Positions 25,654-34,789 of a stretch of DNA of 64,000 nucleotides are shown here, in pieces (within the stretch, counting starts at the first letter, position 1; each line of letters begins with the position of its first letter). The position numbers and the translations under genes are program-made. The notes beneath the pieces are model-generated. The model made no database searches and had not been told where the DNA came from. It saw only the letters and a list, made by a program, of their open reading frames with translations. The DNA comes from a virus: IMG/VR virus record IMGVR_UViG_3300045988_154312, positions 160,001 through 224,000 of that record; one strand, given 5' to 3'.

Positions 25654-26007
25654 ATGCAACAGGTAACATTTGAATCTAAAGAACAAGCTAAAGAGTTTTT
25701 TATTGCTTTGGGTGAAAATCTTAAAGCCAGTCAAAACAAAATTTTTGAATTTAGTGGTCAACAATGGAACTTCGATAAAACTCCAGAAGTAACACCTAAT
25801 ATTATTAATGCTGTATTAGTATCTGAAAACAACGTACTATATGTAACAGCTAATTTAAGTAATGATACAGTATATTCCGATATTGATTTAGAAGATAATA
25901 TCTCTGGATTTAGTTATAATCAATTACAAAAATCTGTATTATTGTCTAATTTAGTATATATTATATTAGAAGATTATACTCAATTTATGTTCTGTAAAAA
26001 TGAATAA
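25654..26007 (+). CDS. hypothetical protein
   Basis: 117 aa. SD GAAAGGAA. Confidence 0.65.
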   Translation: MQQVTFESKEQAKEFFIALGENLKASQNKIFEFSGQQWNFDKTPEVTPNIINAVLVSENNVLYVTANLSNDTVYSDIDLEDNISGFSYNQLQKSVLLSNLVYIILEDYTQFMFCKNE

Positions 26008-26383
26008 TAAAACCAGTTCTAGATTACTTAGTGCAATGTTTTTTAACGTGAGCTTTTTCCAATCGAGAATACCAGCATTAATAATAGGTGACCGACGTTT
26101 TAAAATCGATTTTGATGTTGACGATGGATCTAATATTATTGTACGAACATACGATGATTTTTTTAACGAACAAGTTATATTTTTTAGTACGAGGTTAATG
26201 GCTGTCGAATCGATGACTCAGCTCTCGACAAAAGAAGAAGATGCATTATTTTCTGGTTTAATACATCGTACGGTTATCCCGAAAAAATTATATTCAGAAT
26301 TCGATACGTACAGAATATTAAAACAATTTAATTTATACGTGCAGTATATAATATTTTCATTTAACTATATGCACTGGAGGTGA
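26000..26383 (+). CDS. hypothetical protein
   Basis: 127 aa. Confidence 0.6.
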   Translation: MNNKTSSRLLSAMFFNVSFFQSRIPALIIGDRRFKIDFDVDDGSNIIVRTYDDFFNEQVIFFSTRLMAVESMTQLSTKEEDALFSGLIHRTVIPKKLYSEFDTYRILKQFNLYVQYIIFSFNYMHWR

Positions 26384-26387
26384 TAGT

Positions 26388-26672
26388 ATGATTCAATTAG
26401 GTTTTGGATCTGATAAAGAAACAAAAGATGTATATAATAATTTAAAAAAATTAATTGAAAAAAATATGTTCCCAGAATATGCTATTACAAATTTCGAAGA
26501 AAATAAGGCATGTGATTCTTTTTCATTTACGATTGAATACGACGAAGAATGTATATATTCATATACTATATGGTACGAAGCCGGTATCTTATATATCGAA
26601 CCAGAAAAAGAAGATTACGGCACGGAAGATATTGCATTTATTTTATATCCGATTGCCGAAATGTTATTGTAG
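26388..26672 (+). CDS. hypothetical protein
   Basis: 94 aa. SD TGGAGGTGA. Confidence 0.7.
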   Translation: MIQLGFGSDKETKDVYNNLKKLIEKNMFPEYAITNFEENKACDSFSFTIEYDEECIYSYTIWYEAGILYIEPEKEDYGTEDIAFILYPIAEMLL

Positions 26673-26686
26673 AAAGGTCGACGTAT

Positions 26687-26779
26687 ATGTTAGCATTATT
26701 ATTAGCCATATTTTTAATGGTATATTTAGCATTAGCTATTGGAGGAACATTAGCTGGCTGGGACGAGAAAGAAAAATAA
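26687..26779 (+). CDS. 30-aa hydrophobic peptide
   Basis: MLALLLAIFLMVYLALAIGGTLAGWDEKEK. SD GAAAGG upstream. This is the tail of the alternative-frame ORF 26549..26779. Confidence 0.4.
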   Translation: MLALLLAIFLMVYLALAIGGTLAGWDEKEK

Positions 26780-26780
26780 T

Positions 26781-27014
26781 ATGGATCAGTTCTATATAGA
26801 TTTTGCATCATTAATAATATTCATAATAATATTTTTAATGTTTATATTAATTATATATCTTTTACATACTACATATAGAATATATAAAACAAAAAAAGTA
26901 TTAGATTCATTTGACTATACACTTAAGATGTATTATCGAATGTTTTTTAAATTTTGGACAATATCAATATTATTTTTCGTATGTGGCATAATCATTAAGA
27001 GTATATTAGAATAA
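26781..27014 (+). CDS. small membrane protein (2 TM segments)
   Basis: 77 aa with two long hydrophobic segments. Confidence 0.6.
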   Translation: MDQFYIDFASLIIFIIIFLMFILIIYLLHTTYRIYKTKKVLDSFDYTLKMYYRMFFKFWTISILFFVCGIIIKSILE

Positions 27015-27325
27015 TGTATTTAAAAGATCTAATAAATTGTGTAAACAATTGTAAGATAAATGATGAAAAAAATATATATCTATTAAAGAATGAAAGATTT
27101 CAAATATTTATGCTTATTTCTATTGTAGATAGTAGTTTACGATTTTCAATATATGATCTTCATTCGTCAAACACAACTGTTTTAGAACTAGAAGCACAAA
27201 ATAAACATAGTTTGCATGAATGGCATGGATATACTGTATGGTTAGAAGATTTTAAAAAGAAACTACCTAATATGTGTACATACTTAGCATATTTGTATGT
27301 TTTTAATATAAACAAAAATGAATAG
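27014..27325 (+). CDS. hypothetical protein
   Basis: 103 aa. TAATG overlap. Confidence 0.6.
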   Translation: MYLKDLINCVNNCKINDEKNIYLLKNERFQIFMLISIVDSSLRFSIYDLHSSNTTVLELEAQNKHSLHEWHGYTVWLEDFKKKLPNMCTYLAYLYVFNINKNE

Positions 27326-27962
27326 AATAAAAATAGAAGATAAAATATTTTTTAAGCGGTTCGAAGTATTTCGAAGTAGTAATCGTAATCGTATTACGAT
27401 GAGGCGACGAAAATATAAAATTCATCAATATTATACGACCGAAGGATCTCGATACGAAGTATTAGATCGAAACGAAGTTTGTATCGGAGTTTTTAAAATC
27501 GACGAAGTCGAACAGTTTATGTATTCTGTCGATTTAAGCGAAGAAGATTTGCTATTAATTATTAAAGGTATAGAAAATGTTATTTATTCATATCGTATTC
27601 CGTTAAAGTACGATGGCTATTCGTCTTTAGCATATATTGAAGAAGCTGTTAATCAGTTACAATTTAATAATGTTATTGTTATCGGAGATCATAAAGTAGC
27701 ATTTGAATTAAATCGAGTTAACGACACTATCGGAGAAATTAGAATCGAAGCTAGAACTACTAATATCGATATGTATAATATGCAGATGATATTACAGTAT
27801 CAGTTCTACGATAATTGCATGCATATATTTTGGTATAAAACATTAGTAAAAAGCAAAGAAAAAACATATAAGATATACTATAAATTCTTAATAGCTTTAT
27901 GTAGCTTAATACAATATCAATACATTAATTGTATATTAAGCGTAGAAAGAATTCCGTTTTGA
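27318..27962 (+). CDS. hypothetical protein
   Basis: 214 aa. Confidence 0.65.
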   Translation: MNRIKIEDKIFFKRFEVFRSSNRNRITMRRRKYKIHQYYTTEGSRYEVLDRNEVCIGVFKIDEVEQFMYSVDLSEEDLLLIIKGIENVIYSYRIPLKYDGYSSLAYIEEAVNQLQFNNVIVIGDHKVAFELNRVNDTIGEIRIEARTTNIDMYNMQMILQYQFYDNCMHIFWYKTLVKSKEKTYKIYYKFLIALCSLIQYQYINCILSVERIPF

Positions 27963-27969
27963 GGTAAAT

Positions 27970-28269
27970 ATGGATACATATATTAGAATTACAGACTGGG
28001 CAATATGCCAGCATTTTGAAATGTTAATTAATACTCATCGAACAACTGGTAAGTTTACTATCGAAGACTTAGACAATGTATCGTGTGAAATTGCATATGA
28101 CAATGCATATCATCGATTACATATATTAATCGACGAAGATAATTATTTTATTAGCGCAATATATGATGCTAATGTAAAAACATTATATTGGAATGTTGAA
28201 AATAATATTTCGTTTGACGATTTTGAAAAAGTATTACAGGGAGCTCAATATGTTAACCCTGTCGCTTGA
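27970..28269 (+). CDS. hypothetical protein
   Basis: 99 aa. SD GAGG upstream. Confidence 0.65.
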   Translation: MDTYIRITDWAICQHFEMLINTHRTTGKFTIEDLDNVSCEIAYDNAYHRLHILIDEDNYFISAIYDANVKTLYWNVENNISFDDFEKVLQGAQYVNPVA

Positions 28270-28471
28270 AACACTTGAATATATAAAAATATTTTTAGAT
28301 ATAATTTTAGGAGCGTTGTTAGGCGCAGGTATACATTTTTTACTTACAAAATATGTCGATAAAATATATAACGTATATAATGAAGACGGCGATATTAAAT
28401 TATTGTTAACAGTATTGCCATCGACTATTATCGTATTAATGCTATGGAGTATTATTGTATGGATGAGATGA
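28250..28471 (+). CDS. small membrane protein
   Basis: Internal ATG after GGGAG. 73 aa with 2 hydrophobic segments. Confidence 0.55.
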   Translation: MLTLSLETLEYIKIFLDIILGALLGAGIHFLLTKYVDKIYNVYNEDGDIKLLLTVLPSTIIVLMLWSIIVWMR

Positions 28472-28746
28472 AATTACAATTAGAAGTATTATATAAAATC
28501 TTAACATTAGATTTTCATAAATTCTATCGTCGGCAAAAAGGATCGTATGACCTAACTATTAAAAAAATAAGTGATGCTGCTCTCGTTACGGTTGACTGGA
28601 ACGAAAACAAAGATTTCGTTAAATTCCAGATTTACTGGAATTCAGAAGAAAGACACGTAAACTTTAGTTTTAATTTCGATACGAATAAAACAGATGCATT
28701 ACTTATCGTAAAAGATTTGTTGCGAGGCAATGAAGATAATGATTGA
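28468..28746 (+). CDS. hypothetical protein
   Basis: ATGA overlap start chosen. 92 aa. Confidence 0.55.
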   Translation: MKLQLEVLYKILTLDFHKFYRRQKGSYDLTIKKISDAALVTVDWNENKDFVKFQIYWNSEERHVNFSFNFDTNKTDALLIVKDLLRGNEDND

Positions 28747-28763
28747 TATAAGGAGGTATTTTT

Positions 28764-29048
28764 ATGGGAATGATTAACGAAATTACTAATAAATTAATTG
28801 GCGTTAAAGGCCGTATTGCATTTGAACACAAAGGATATATTGTTTATATCGATAATTCTCGTAAGAAAGAAGTCGATAGCGGCGATATTCAGATCTTTAA
28901 AGATCGCGAACAAGTATACGATTATTCTATCGCATATCCTTGTAAAGAATGTAAATCTAAAGGTATTTACAACAATAAAAAAGATAAATTTATTAATAAT
29001 ATCGATCTAGAAAAACTGTACGAGATTATTATGACAACGGATTTATAA
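28764..29048 (+). CDS. hypothetical protein
   Basis: 94 aa. SD AAGGAGG. Confidence 0.7.
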   Translation: MGMINEITNKLIGVKGRIAFEHKGYIVYIDNSRKKEVDSGDIQIFKDREQVYDYSIAYPCKECKSKGIYNNKKDKFINNIDLEKLYEIIMTTDL

Positions 29049-29049
29049 C

Positions 29050-29697
29050 ATGATTTTTCTAAAAGATAAATATCGAATTGTTCTAGATAAAAGAAACGTA
29101 ACATCAATTATCGTTACGGCATTAACTGTGCTATTTTTTGTGTTTTGTGATCTTAATTATGCTACCGATAATGAAAAACTGGTATTATATCAAACGCCGA
29201 TATTAATTATCGTCGTAAGTATTATTACAATCGATATGTTACCTAGTAAAGTTAATCCATTTCATGCTGATAGTTTAATATTAAGTAGAATTGATGAAAA
29301 ACAAGCTGATAAAGTATTCGAAATATTTAAAAATACTTTCGATTTTATAATACATGAAATATTCTATTCTCCACATGAAATGCATTTAGAAATTGAGAAT
29401 ATTTCGATCGGTCAATTAAAAGATATAACATTATCAATTAATGCTAGATACGTAATGGATACAGGCATTAGAACTATACTTATTGATATAGCGATATATA
29501 AATTAGATAAAAATAATTCTTTAGTGTCTTTTTTTATACCATTGTCATCTAATGTTCCTAAATCTATTAATGAAATGCGAATTTCTAAAAATTTAGCACA
29601 ATGGACAGATATTATTATATTTACTAAAACAATAGAATATTATTTATTAAATCATCAATATAACGGAGCTATTAAAAATGAAAAAAGAAGAATTTAG
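29050..29697 (+). CDS. membrane-anchored hypothetical protein
   Basis: 215 aa with N-terminal hydrophobic segments. Confidence 0.6.
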   Translation: MIFLKDKYRIVLDKRNVTSIIVTALTVLFFVFCDLNYATDNEKLVLYQTPILIIVVSIITIDMLPSKVNPFHADSLILSRIDEKQADKVFEIFKNTFDFIIHEIFYSPHEMHLEIENISIGQLKDITLSINARYVMDTGIRTILIDIAIYKLDKNNSLVSFFIPLSSNVPKSINEMRISKNLAQWTDIIIFTKTIEYYLLNHQYNGAIKNEKRRI

Positions 29698-30082
29698 ACA
29701 ATTATGTTGGCTATTTCGACTATTTTTAATAGCTATCGATATTGAAAATTATCAATCAAAAGATTTTAAAATCGGCGAATTTAAATATGCTCTTAGATTA
29801 ACAGCTGTCGAACATATTCTTCATATCGAGTTGTTAAAGAAAAATAATCCGATCGTTGCTTCGTTATCAGGTGTTGATTATTTTCCGCAGGAATCGTTAA
29901 GTTTTAATTTTAGAACGAACGATATATTAAACGATTATTTCGAATTATTCTTTGACGGTAGTAAAGTAATTGAAGAAAATCTTAATATACTGTATAATAT
30001 ATCATATAATATATGTAATCCTGTAGAAATAATGAAAGGACTAGTTAATAACAATGGTCGGAAGAATAAAATTTACTGGTAA
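29678..30082 (+). CDS. hypothetical protein
   Basis: 134 aa. Confidence 0.55.
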   Translation: MKKEEFRQLCWLFRLFLIAIDIENYQSKDFKIGEFKYALRLTAVEHILHIELLKKNNPIVASLSGVDYFPQESLSFNFRTNDILNDYFELFFDGSKVIEENLNILYNISYNICNPVEIMKGLVNNNGRKNKIYW

Positions 30083-30368
30083 GCTAAGTGCTATTAATAG
30101 AATTAATAATGAATTATTGAATAAAGATATGTTCGCAGGCAATTGTATCGTTAAAGAAAAAATTCGTTGCGATAATATTTTAATGCTAACAATCGAAACT
30201 GATTACGATATTAATTCTGCATATTTAGTTTCATTAAGCGATACATATCATGTGAATATCGAATATAGTATTAGCAATCATGTCGATCATATAAAACATA
30301 GTGGTATTATTGTATTCGAACATAATAAAGCTGAAATCGTAGAAGAAAAGAAATTTACATATGAATAA
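30054..30368 (+). CDS. hypothetical protein
   Basis: 104 aa. Confidence 0.55.
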   Translation: MVGRIKFTGKLSAINRINNELLNKDMFAGNCIVKEKIRCDNILMLTIETDYDINSAYLVSLSDTYHVNIEYSISNHVDHIKHSGIIVFEHNKAEIVEEKKFTYE

Positions 30369-30819
30369 AAAATTAAATCGAAAAGTATTTTTCTCGATCA
30401 AACATAATATGTTAATGAATTCATTTTGTCGAGACTATAAGTTTAAAAACTTTGAAATTTCGGCTTATAAGACAAACATAAGATTGTTTAATAAAGAAAC
30501 CAAATTGTTAAAAATTGCTAATAGTTGTAAAACGTTAGAAACGTTAGTTAATACATACGAAGAATTAAGACAAGTCGGTATGATTATATGGCTATTAGGC
30601 TTTTACGCATTTCAATTAGATAAAGATTTAGATGTTAAAAAACATTTTAAACTATTCGAAGAAATCGAAAAAGTAACATTAACACAACCATTAAACTTAA
30701 GTCCAGACGATATTCAGATCCGTCAGTTAAGAGAGTCGTTAGAACAAGCAGCCAATAGAATTAATGCACAAATAAATTTTTGGTCGAATATACTTCCCGA
30801 AAGGAATGGTGGTCGATGA
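30361..30819 (+). CDS. hypothetical protein
   Basis: 152 aa. Confidence 0.6.
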   Translation: MNKKLNRKVFFSIKHNMLMNSFCRDYKFKNFEISAYKTNIRLFNKETKLLKIANSCKTLETLVNTYEELRQVGMIIWLLGFYAFQLDKDLDVKKHFKLFEEIEKVTLTQPLNLSPDDIQIRQLRESLEQAANRINAQINFWSNILPERNGGR

Positions 30820-31493
30820 ACGGAAGTTTACGTAATTTATTTAAACGTCATCGTCAAAACTTTAATCCAGAAAGTTTATTACGCGATCTAAAAAAAGATC
30901 AGAATAAAAAAAATCTGGTCGATAAAATTAAAGAAATGGAGGAAACTAGGAAAGCAGAAGTGTTAGAACCTGAACGAAACAACTATCCTCAGTGTAAGGT
31001 CGATTTGGTCGCACAAGTACAAAAAGAAATCGAAGAAGAAAATACTCCGAATGAACCGGCGGACGATATTCAAGAAATTTCAGTACATGCTGATTGTCCG
31101 ACCGTATCGTTAGATAATTGGACGACAGAAGAACTTGTGCGATCGATTCAAAAAGGTAAAGAAGCCGCTAAACATATCTTACAAAATTATGAGTTCTGGA
31201 ATAGTATGGTCAAAGAATGCGATCAGGCATTAGGCGATTTGCGTCATTTCGCAGAATTCTACGACGATGCGACACAAGAAGAAATTAATAAAGTATATAC
31301 CTTAATGACAGAGTACAGTCGTAAACGTCGTGTATATAAAGACCGTGTCGAAATCTTTAAAGACATGTTTGCTGGCAAAACTAGATTTGAAAATATCTAT
31401 GCACCAGTTAATCAAATGTCTAATAAATTTAATAAGATGAATATTGAGCGTCAGTATTCTCCACGGATACTTAAGGACTTGTTCGAGCGTTAG
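30816..31493 (+). CDS. hypothetical protein
   Basis: ATGA overlap start. 225 aa. Confidence 0.65.
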   Translation: MNGSLRNLFKRHRQNFNPESLLRDLKKDQNKKNLVDKIKEMEETRKAEVLEPERNNYPQCKVDLVAQVQKEIEEENTPNEPADDIQEISVHADCPTVSLDNWTTEELVRSIQKGKEAAKHILQNYEFWNSMVKECDQALGDLRHFAEFYDDATQEEINKVYTLMTEYSRKRRVYKDRVEIFKDMFAGKTRFENIYAPVNQMSNKFNKMNIERQYSPRILKDLFER

Positions 31494-31515
31494 TCACGTT
31501 CTACATTATCCTTCT

Positions 31516-31534
31516 GGGGCTCCGCCCCGAAATC
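31516..31534 (+). promoter_or_regulatory. GC hairpin (TCC loop) + GAAATC motif copy
   Basis: GGGGC-TCC-GCCCC-GAAATC. The stem is the strand-swapped version of the 5699 copy, with the same loop and flank. Confidence 0.5.
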
Positions 31535-31551
31535 ACTTTTGTGTTCTTTAC

Positions 31552-31582
31552 AAGAAGCTAGGTTTAACTAGCTTCTTTTTTT
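31552..31582 (+). terminator. intrinsic terminator between the motif and the next gene
   Basis: AAGAAGCTAG...CTAGCTTCTT followed by T7. It ends 7 nt before the ATG at 31589. Confidence 0.75.
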
Positions 31583-31588
31583 GTATAT

Positions 31589-31942
31589 ATGGATAGTTAC
31601 GATAGAATAATAAAACGATTAATATCGGCAAAAATCCCTAAGAGATTCCGAGATATCCGTGAATATCTTATTGACGATAAAGATTTTAAATATAAACATA
31701 CGTCGATCACATTATTCGATCGGGATTGGAGAATTTCAGGATACGTGCCGAATACTTTTGTCGTAACTGATTTTTCAGCAAATCATACGATGAATCATTA
31801 TATCGATTATAATACAAAACGATATTTAATTCATAAGCATTGTAAAGTATTTGATAGCCGAAAAGAAGTTACGAATGAGGAAGCATATAAAGCTAAAATT
31901 CTATTATTGTGGTTAGTATATTTTTATTATACGGGGTATTAA
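31589..31942 (+). CDS. hypothetical protein
   Basis: 117 aa. Confidence 0.6.
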   Translation: MDSYDRIIKRLISAKIPKRFRDIREYLIDDKDFKYKHTSITLFDRDWRISGYVPNTFVVTDFSANHTMNHYIDYNTKRYLIHKHCKVFDSRKEVTNEEAYKAKILLLWLVYFYYTGY

Positions 31943-31944
31943 AA

Positions 31945-32310
31945 ATGAAATACTATCTTGAAGTCGAGAGTGATATTCATCACCCAACAGCAAAAGAAAT
32001 TGCCGAAATTATCGGCATATATAATATAAGTAATCAGCCTCACGCTATGTTCGTACGAGCATATCTAGGACGTAGTACATTACAGTATTTAGGACGTAAC
32101 GGTATGGTTCAAGTATTTAATAATTACTCAGCTATATTAGCATTAGCTAACGACATGTATGAATATTGTAAGCGTGAAGGTATTAACGAAGTGTATTATA
32201 GTTTAGATGACGGACGCGGATATAATTTAAAATTATTTAAGGGCCGTATTCGTACAGCTATTAATAGATTGGAAAATATGTGTAAGGGAATGATAGAAAA
32301 TGAAAAATAA
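31945..32310 (+). CDS. hypothetical protein
   Basis: The ATG lies 2 nt after the previous stop. 121 aa. Confidence 0.6.
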   Translation: MKYYLEVESDIHHPTAKEIAEIIGIYNISNQPHAMFVRAYLGRSTLQYLGRNGMVQVFNNYSAILALANDMYEYCKREGINEVYYSLDDGRGYNLKLFKGRIRTAINRLENMCKGMIENEK

Positions 32311-32566
32311 TAACCAAGCAGAAATCTGCCGCAAAATTGGAATCATTATCGGCAGTTTATTGAATATTTGTGTAACGTTAATATTAGCATTAGTTAAAGC
32401 TGTATCTTCTGAAGCTAAAAATGTATCGAAAGGATTCGACGAGGCTGAAGAAGTAACATCTGAAGATATTAAATCTGTCGAAATTAAAAATGAAGTCAAC
32501 GATATCGATGCCGAAATCGAACGTTTAATGGCATTGAAACAAGCTAAAGAATCTAATAACAATTAA
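32300..32566 (+). CDS. membrane-anchored acidic protein
   Basis: 88 aa with one TM segment and an acidic tail. Confidence 0.6.
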   Translation: MKNNNQAEICRKIGIIIGSLLNICVTLILALVKAVSSEAKNVSKGFDEAEEVTSEDIKSVEIKNEVNDIDAEIERLMALKQAKESNNN

Positions 32567-32568
32567 TT

Positions 32569-33282
32569 ATGGCTTATATATCAATTGGCAAAGAAGAAAG
32601 AATTATTTTATCGACGATATATGAATTTGTAGCACAATATCCAGCATTAAAATATGATTATATTTTGTCCCCTGATCCTAATCGTACTCATATTAGAATC
32701 GAAAAAATTTTCGTATTAGAAGATACAATTACTGTGCATATAGAATATAGAACTATAAACAATAAAGAAATAATAGCATTTGAATTAAACTTAAATACTA
32801 ATACTGTTAATTTTGATAACGATGCAGATCGTGAATTTATTAGAGATATTATGTTTTTACCAAGTGTCGTGAATTATAAATTCATCGAGACATATAAAAG
32901 TAAAGATTTGTCGACTTTTGCTAATAATTTAAGAGAATGCTATTTTTTAAGAATAAGTAAAGGTTATGATCTTTGGTATAAATTTTTGTTTATATTTTCT
33001 GATATGTTTAGCGATATAAACGATGGTGCGCTTTTTAGTATTGATACTATGTTTTTAGCAGAAGAATCAGCTATTAGATTTTTAAAAAACGGATCGATTT
33101 GTATCGTAGATAGTAATCAAACAAATAAATATAATAAAAATATTAGATTTTTGCCATTATATTTAATGGAATATTTAATTCAGGGGTATTATTTAGATGC
33201 AGTACAAATTCAAAGCGATATCGAAGAATTTCGACGACAATCAGAAGAAAATGTTAATAACTGGATCGCTGTTAATGGATAA
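32569..33282 (+). CDS. hypothetical protein
   Basis: 237 aa. Confidence 0.65.
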   Translation: MAYISIGKEERIILSTIYEFVAQYPALKYDYILSPDPNRTHIRIEKIFVLEDTITVHIEYRTINNKEIIAFELNLNTNTVNFDNDADREFIRDIMFLPSVVNYKFIETYKSKDLSTFANNLRECYFLRISKGYDLWYKFLFIFSDMFSDINDGALFSIDTMFLAEESAIRFLKNGSICIVDSNQTNKYNKNIRFLPLYLMEYLIQGYYLDAVQIQSDIEEFRRQSEENVNNWIAVNG

Positions 33283-33583
33283 TAATGAATATTTCATTAA
33301 TAGTATTCCGGTCGATCCAAAAACAATTGGTCAATCGACTGGACTAAGGGATAAACATGATCAAGAAATATTTATTAACGATATCATTCATTTTAAAGCA
33401 AACTATGGTAGTTATTTACTAGAATTAGCTACGGCAACTGTAGGATTTGATAAACTAAATGGTAGATTAGCTGTTAAAATGAATGATAATATATTGGCGT
33501 TATGCGATATGAATTATTCGGATGTTGAGTACGAAGTGCTCGGAAACATATGGGAAGGAAAAATAGATGGACAGAAACTTTAA
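33275..33583 (+). CDS. YopX-like protein (start uncertain)
   Basis: Contains GQSTGLRDKHDQEIFINDII...YEVLGNIWE, which fits the YopX-family pattern. It is a tandem paralog of the next gene. Confidence 0.55.
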   Translation: MDNNEYFINSIPVDPKTIGQSTGLRDKHDQEIFINDIIHFKANYGSYLLELATATVGFDKLNGRLAVKMNDNILALCDMNYSDVEYEVLGNIWEGKIDGQKL

Positions 33584-33950
33584 AGCAAGATGTCTGAAAG
33601 ACAGATCTTGGAAAACTGGTTTTTATTTAATTAAGAAAAAAGAACCATGTATTAAAGATATTAAAAATGTATGGCCAGTACACGAACAAACGATTTGTCA
33701 AAGTACTGGCTATTTAGATTGTAATAAGAAAGAAATCTTTATCGACGATCTAATTAAGTTTAGTGCAGAATTAAACAGCGAAAAAATTGAATTCGAAGAA
33801 ATTCAAGTATTATTTGATCCGGTGTATGCTAAATTAGTATTATTTGCTGGCGATCATTCTTATGATTTTGTCGATCCTAATTATAAAAATCCTCGATACG
33901 AAGTTGTCGGAAATATTTGGGATAAAGTTGCATTGGCAAAGAAGAAGTAA
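33567..33950 (+). CDS. YopX-like protein
   Basis: Contains CQSTGYLDCNKKEIFIDDLI...YEVVGNIWD. Confidence 0.55.
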   Translation: MDRNFKARCLKDRSWKTGFYLIKKKEPCIKDIKNVWPVHEQTICQSTGYLDCNKKEIFIDDLIKFSAELNSEKIEFEEIQVLFDPVYAKLVLFAGDHSYDFVDPNYKNPRYEVVGNIWDKVALAKKK

Positions 33951-33994
33951 TATAATAGGTGTACAAGCTTGTTTTTTTAAAAGAAGGTATACCT

Positions 33995-34345
33995 ATGAAT
34001 TATCACAAACTTTTAGAAGACTGTGACTTTATTAAGGTAAAGCAAACAGTCGAAATCCGTCCTCATGACGAAAACAAAGGCTTTTTTGAATATGTAAATC
34101 ATATTTTTAAAAGTGTAAATAACGGTCATCGTTATGGACCTGCTGTTAAGACTAATATCTTAACGATATATAATCGTGGCAATTATATTGCTTGCGAGAT
34201 GGGCGATCAACGTATCGACATCCGTCGAAATAAGATCGTTATTTATGTCCCTGGTTTAAAAGCTAGTAACGAAGAAACATATAGAAAATATGCTGTATGT
34301 AATATCGGCGTATTAAGCTATATTTACAATTGTAAAAAATACTAG
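33995..34345 (+). CDS. hypothetical protein
   Basis: ATG after GAAGG. 116 aa. Confidence 0.6.
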   Translation: MNYHKLLEDCDFIKVKQTVEIRPHDENKGFFEYVNHIFKSVNNGHRYGPAVKTNILTIYNRGNYIACEMGDQRIDIRRNKIVIYVPGLKASNEETYRKYAVCNIGVLSYIYNCKKY

Positions 34346-34775
34346 CTTTTAAATAATAATTGCGGTATTGAAACGAAAGCTAAGTCGTAAGATATGCCAA
34401 CGTTTACTGAAGGTTATATGTAATAATATAGTCAAGTGCCCAATGGATTGAAACTCATAAGAGAATATAATATCCTAAAAGACCGCAACTTTCATTAGTA
34501 ACAATACTAGCGTGGAAGAAGTAGTGGGCTACCATATCAAAAGATATGGATTAATTAATCCTAGTATAACATGCTAGGCCTAAGACATAGGATGCAAGGT
34601 ATGAGATAGCCTAGACATAGCGTTAATCTTAGGAGAGCCGTCAGCGAAATGTTGCCGGACATTGAAGAATTCGTCGATAATATATTGACGAACGTTAGAA
34701 GACTCGTTAGCAAAAAAGCTAACGACCATTAAGAGAGCGATCATCAATAGCTAAGATGGTCGCTCTTTTTTATTT
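34346..34775 (+). ncRNA. candidate ~430-nt structured non-coding RNA (class unknown)
   Basis: No ORF and locally higher GC. Several helices are visible: TTGCGGT pairs with ACCGCAA at long range; GGATTAATTAATCC; CCTAG..CTAGG; TTCGTC..GACGAA; GTTAGC..GCTAAC. It ends in a 12-bp-stem terminator. Confidence 0.5.
34734..34775 (+). terminator. strong intrinsic terminator
   Basis: AGAGCGATCATC-loop-GATGGTCGCTCT followed by TTTTTTATTTT. Confidence 0.8.
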
Positions 34776-34789
34776 TAGGAGACTAAGTA

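Noticed and set aside
26455-26799. ORFs 26455..26799 and 26549..26779 overlapping gene 26388..26672
   Set aside because: They are alternative frames of a well-supported gene. Only the short hydrophobic tail (26687..26779) with its own SD was kept, at low confidence.
34346-34775. Interpreting the 430-nt gap as a canonical group I intron or a tRNA cluster
   Set aside because: The P3/P4-like start is present, but no R/S (P7) elements occur in the correct order and there are no flanking split exons. No tRNA-like cloverleaf or T-loop (GTTCGAAT-type) sequence was seen.
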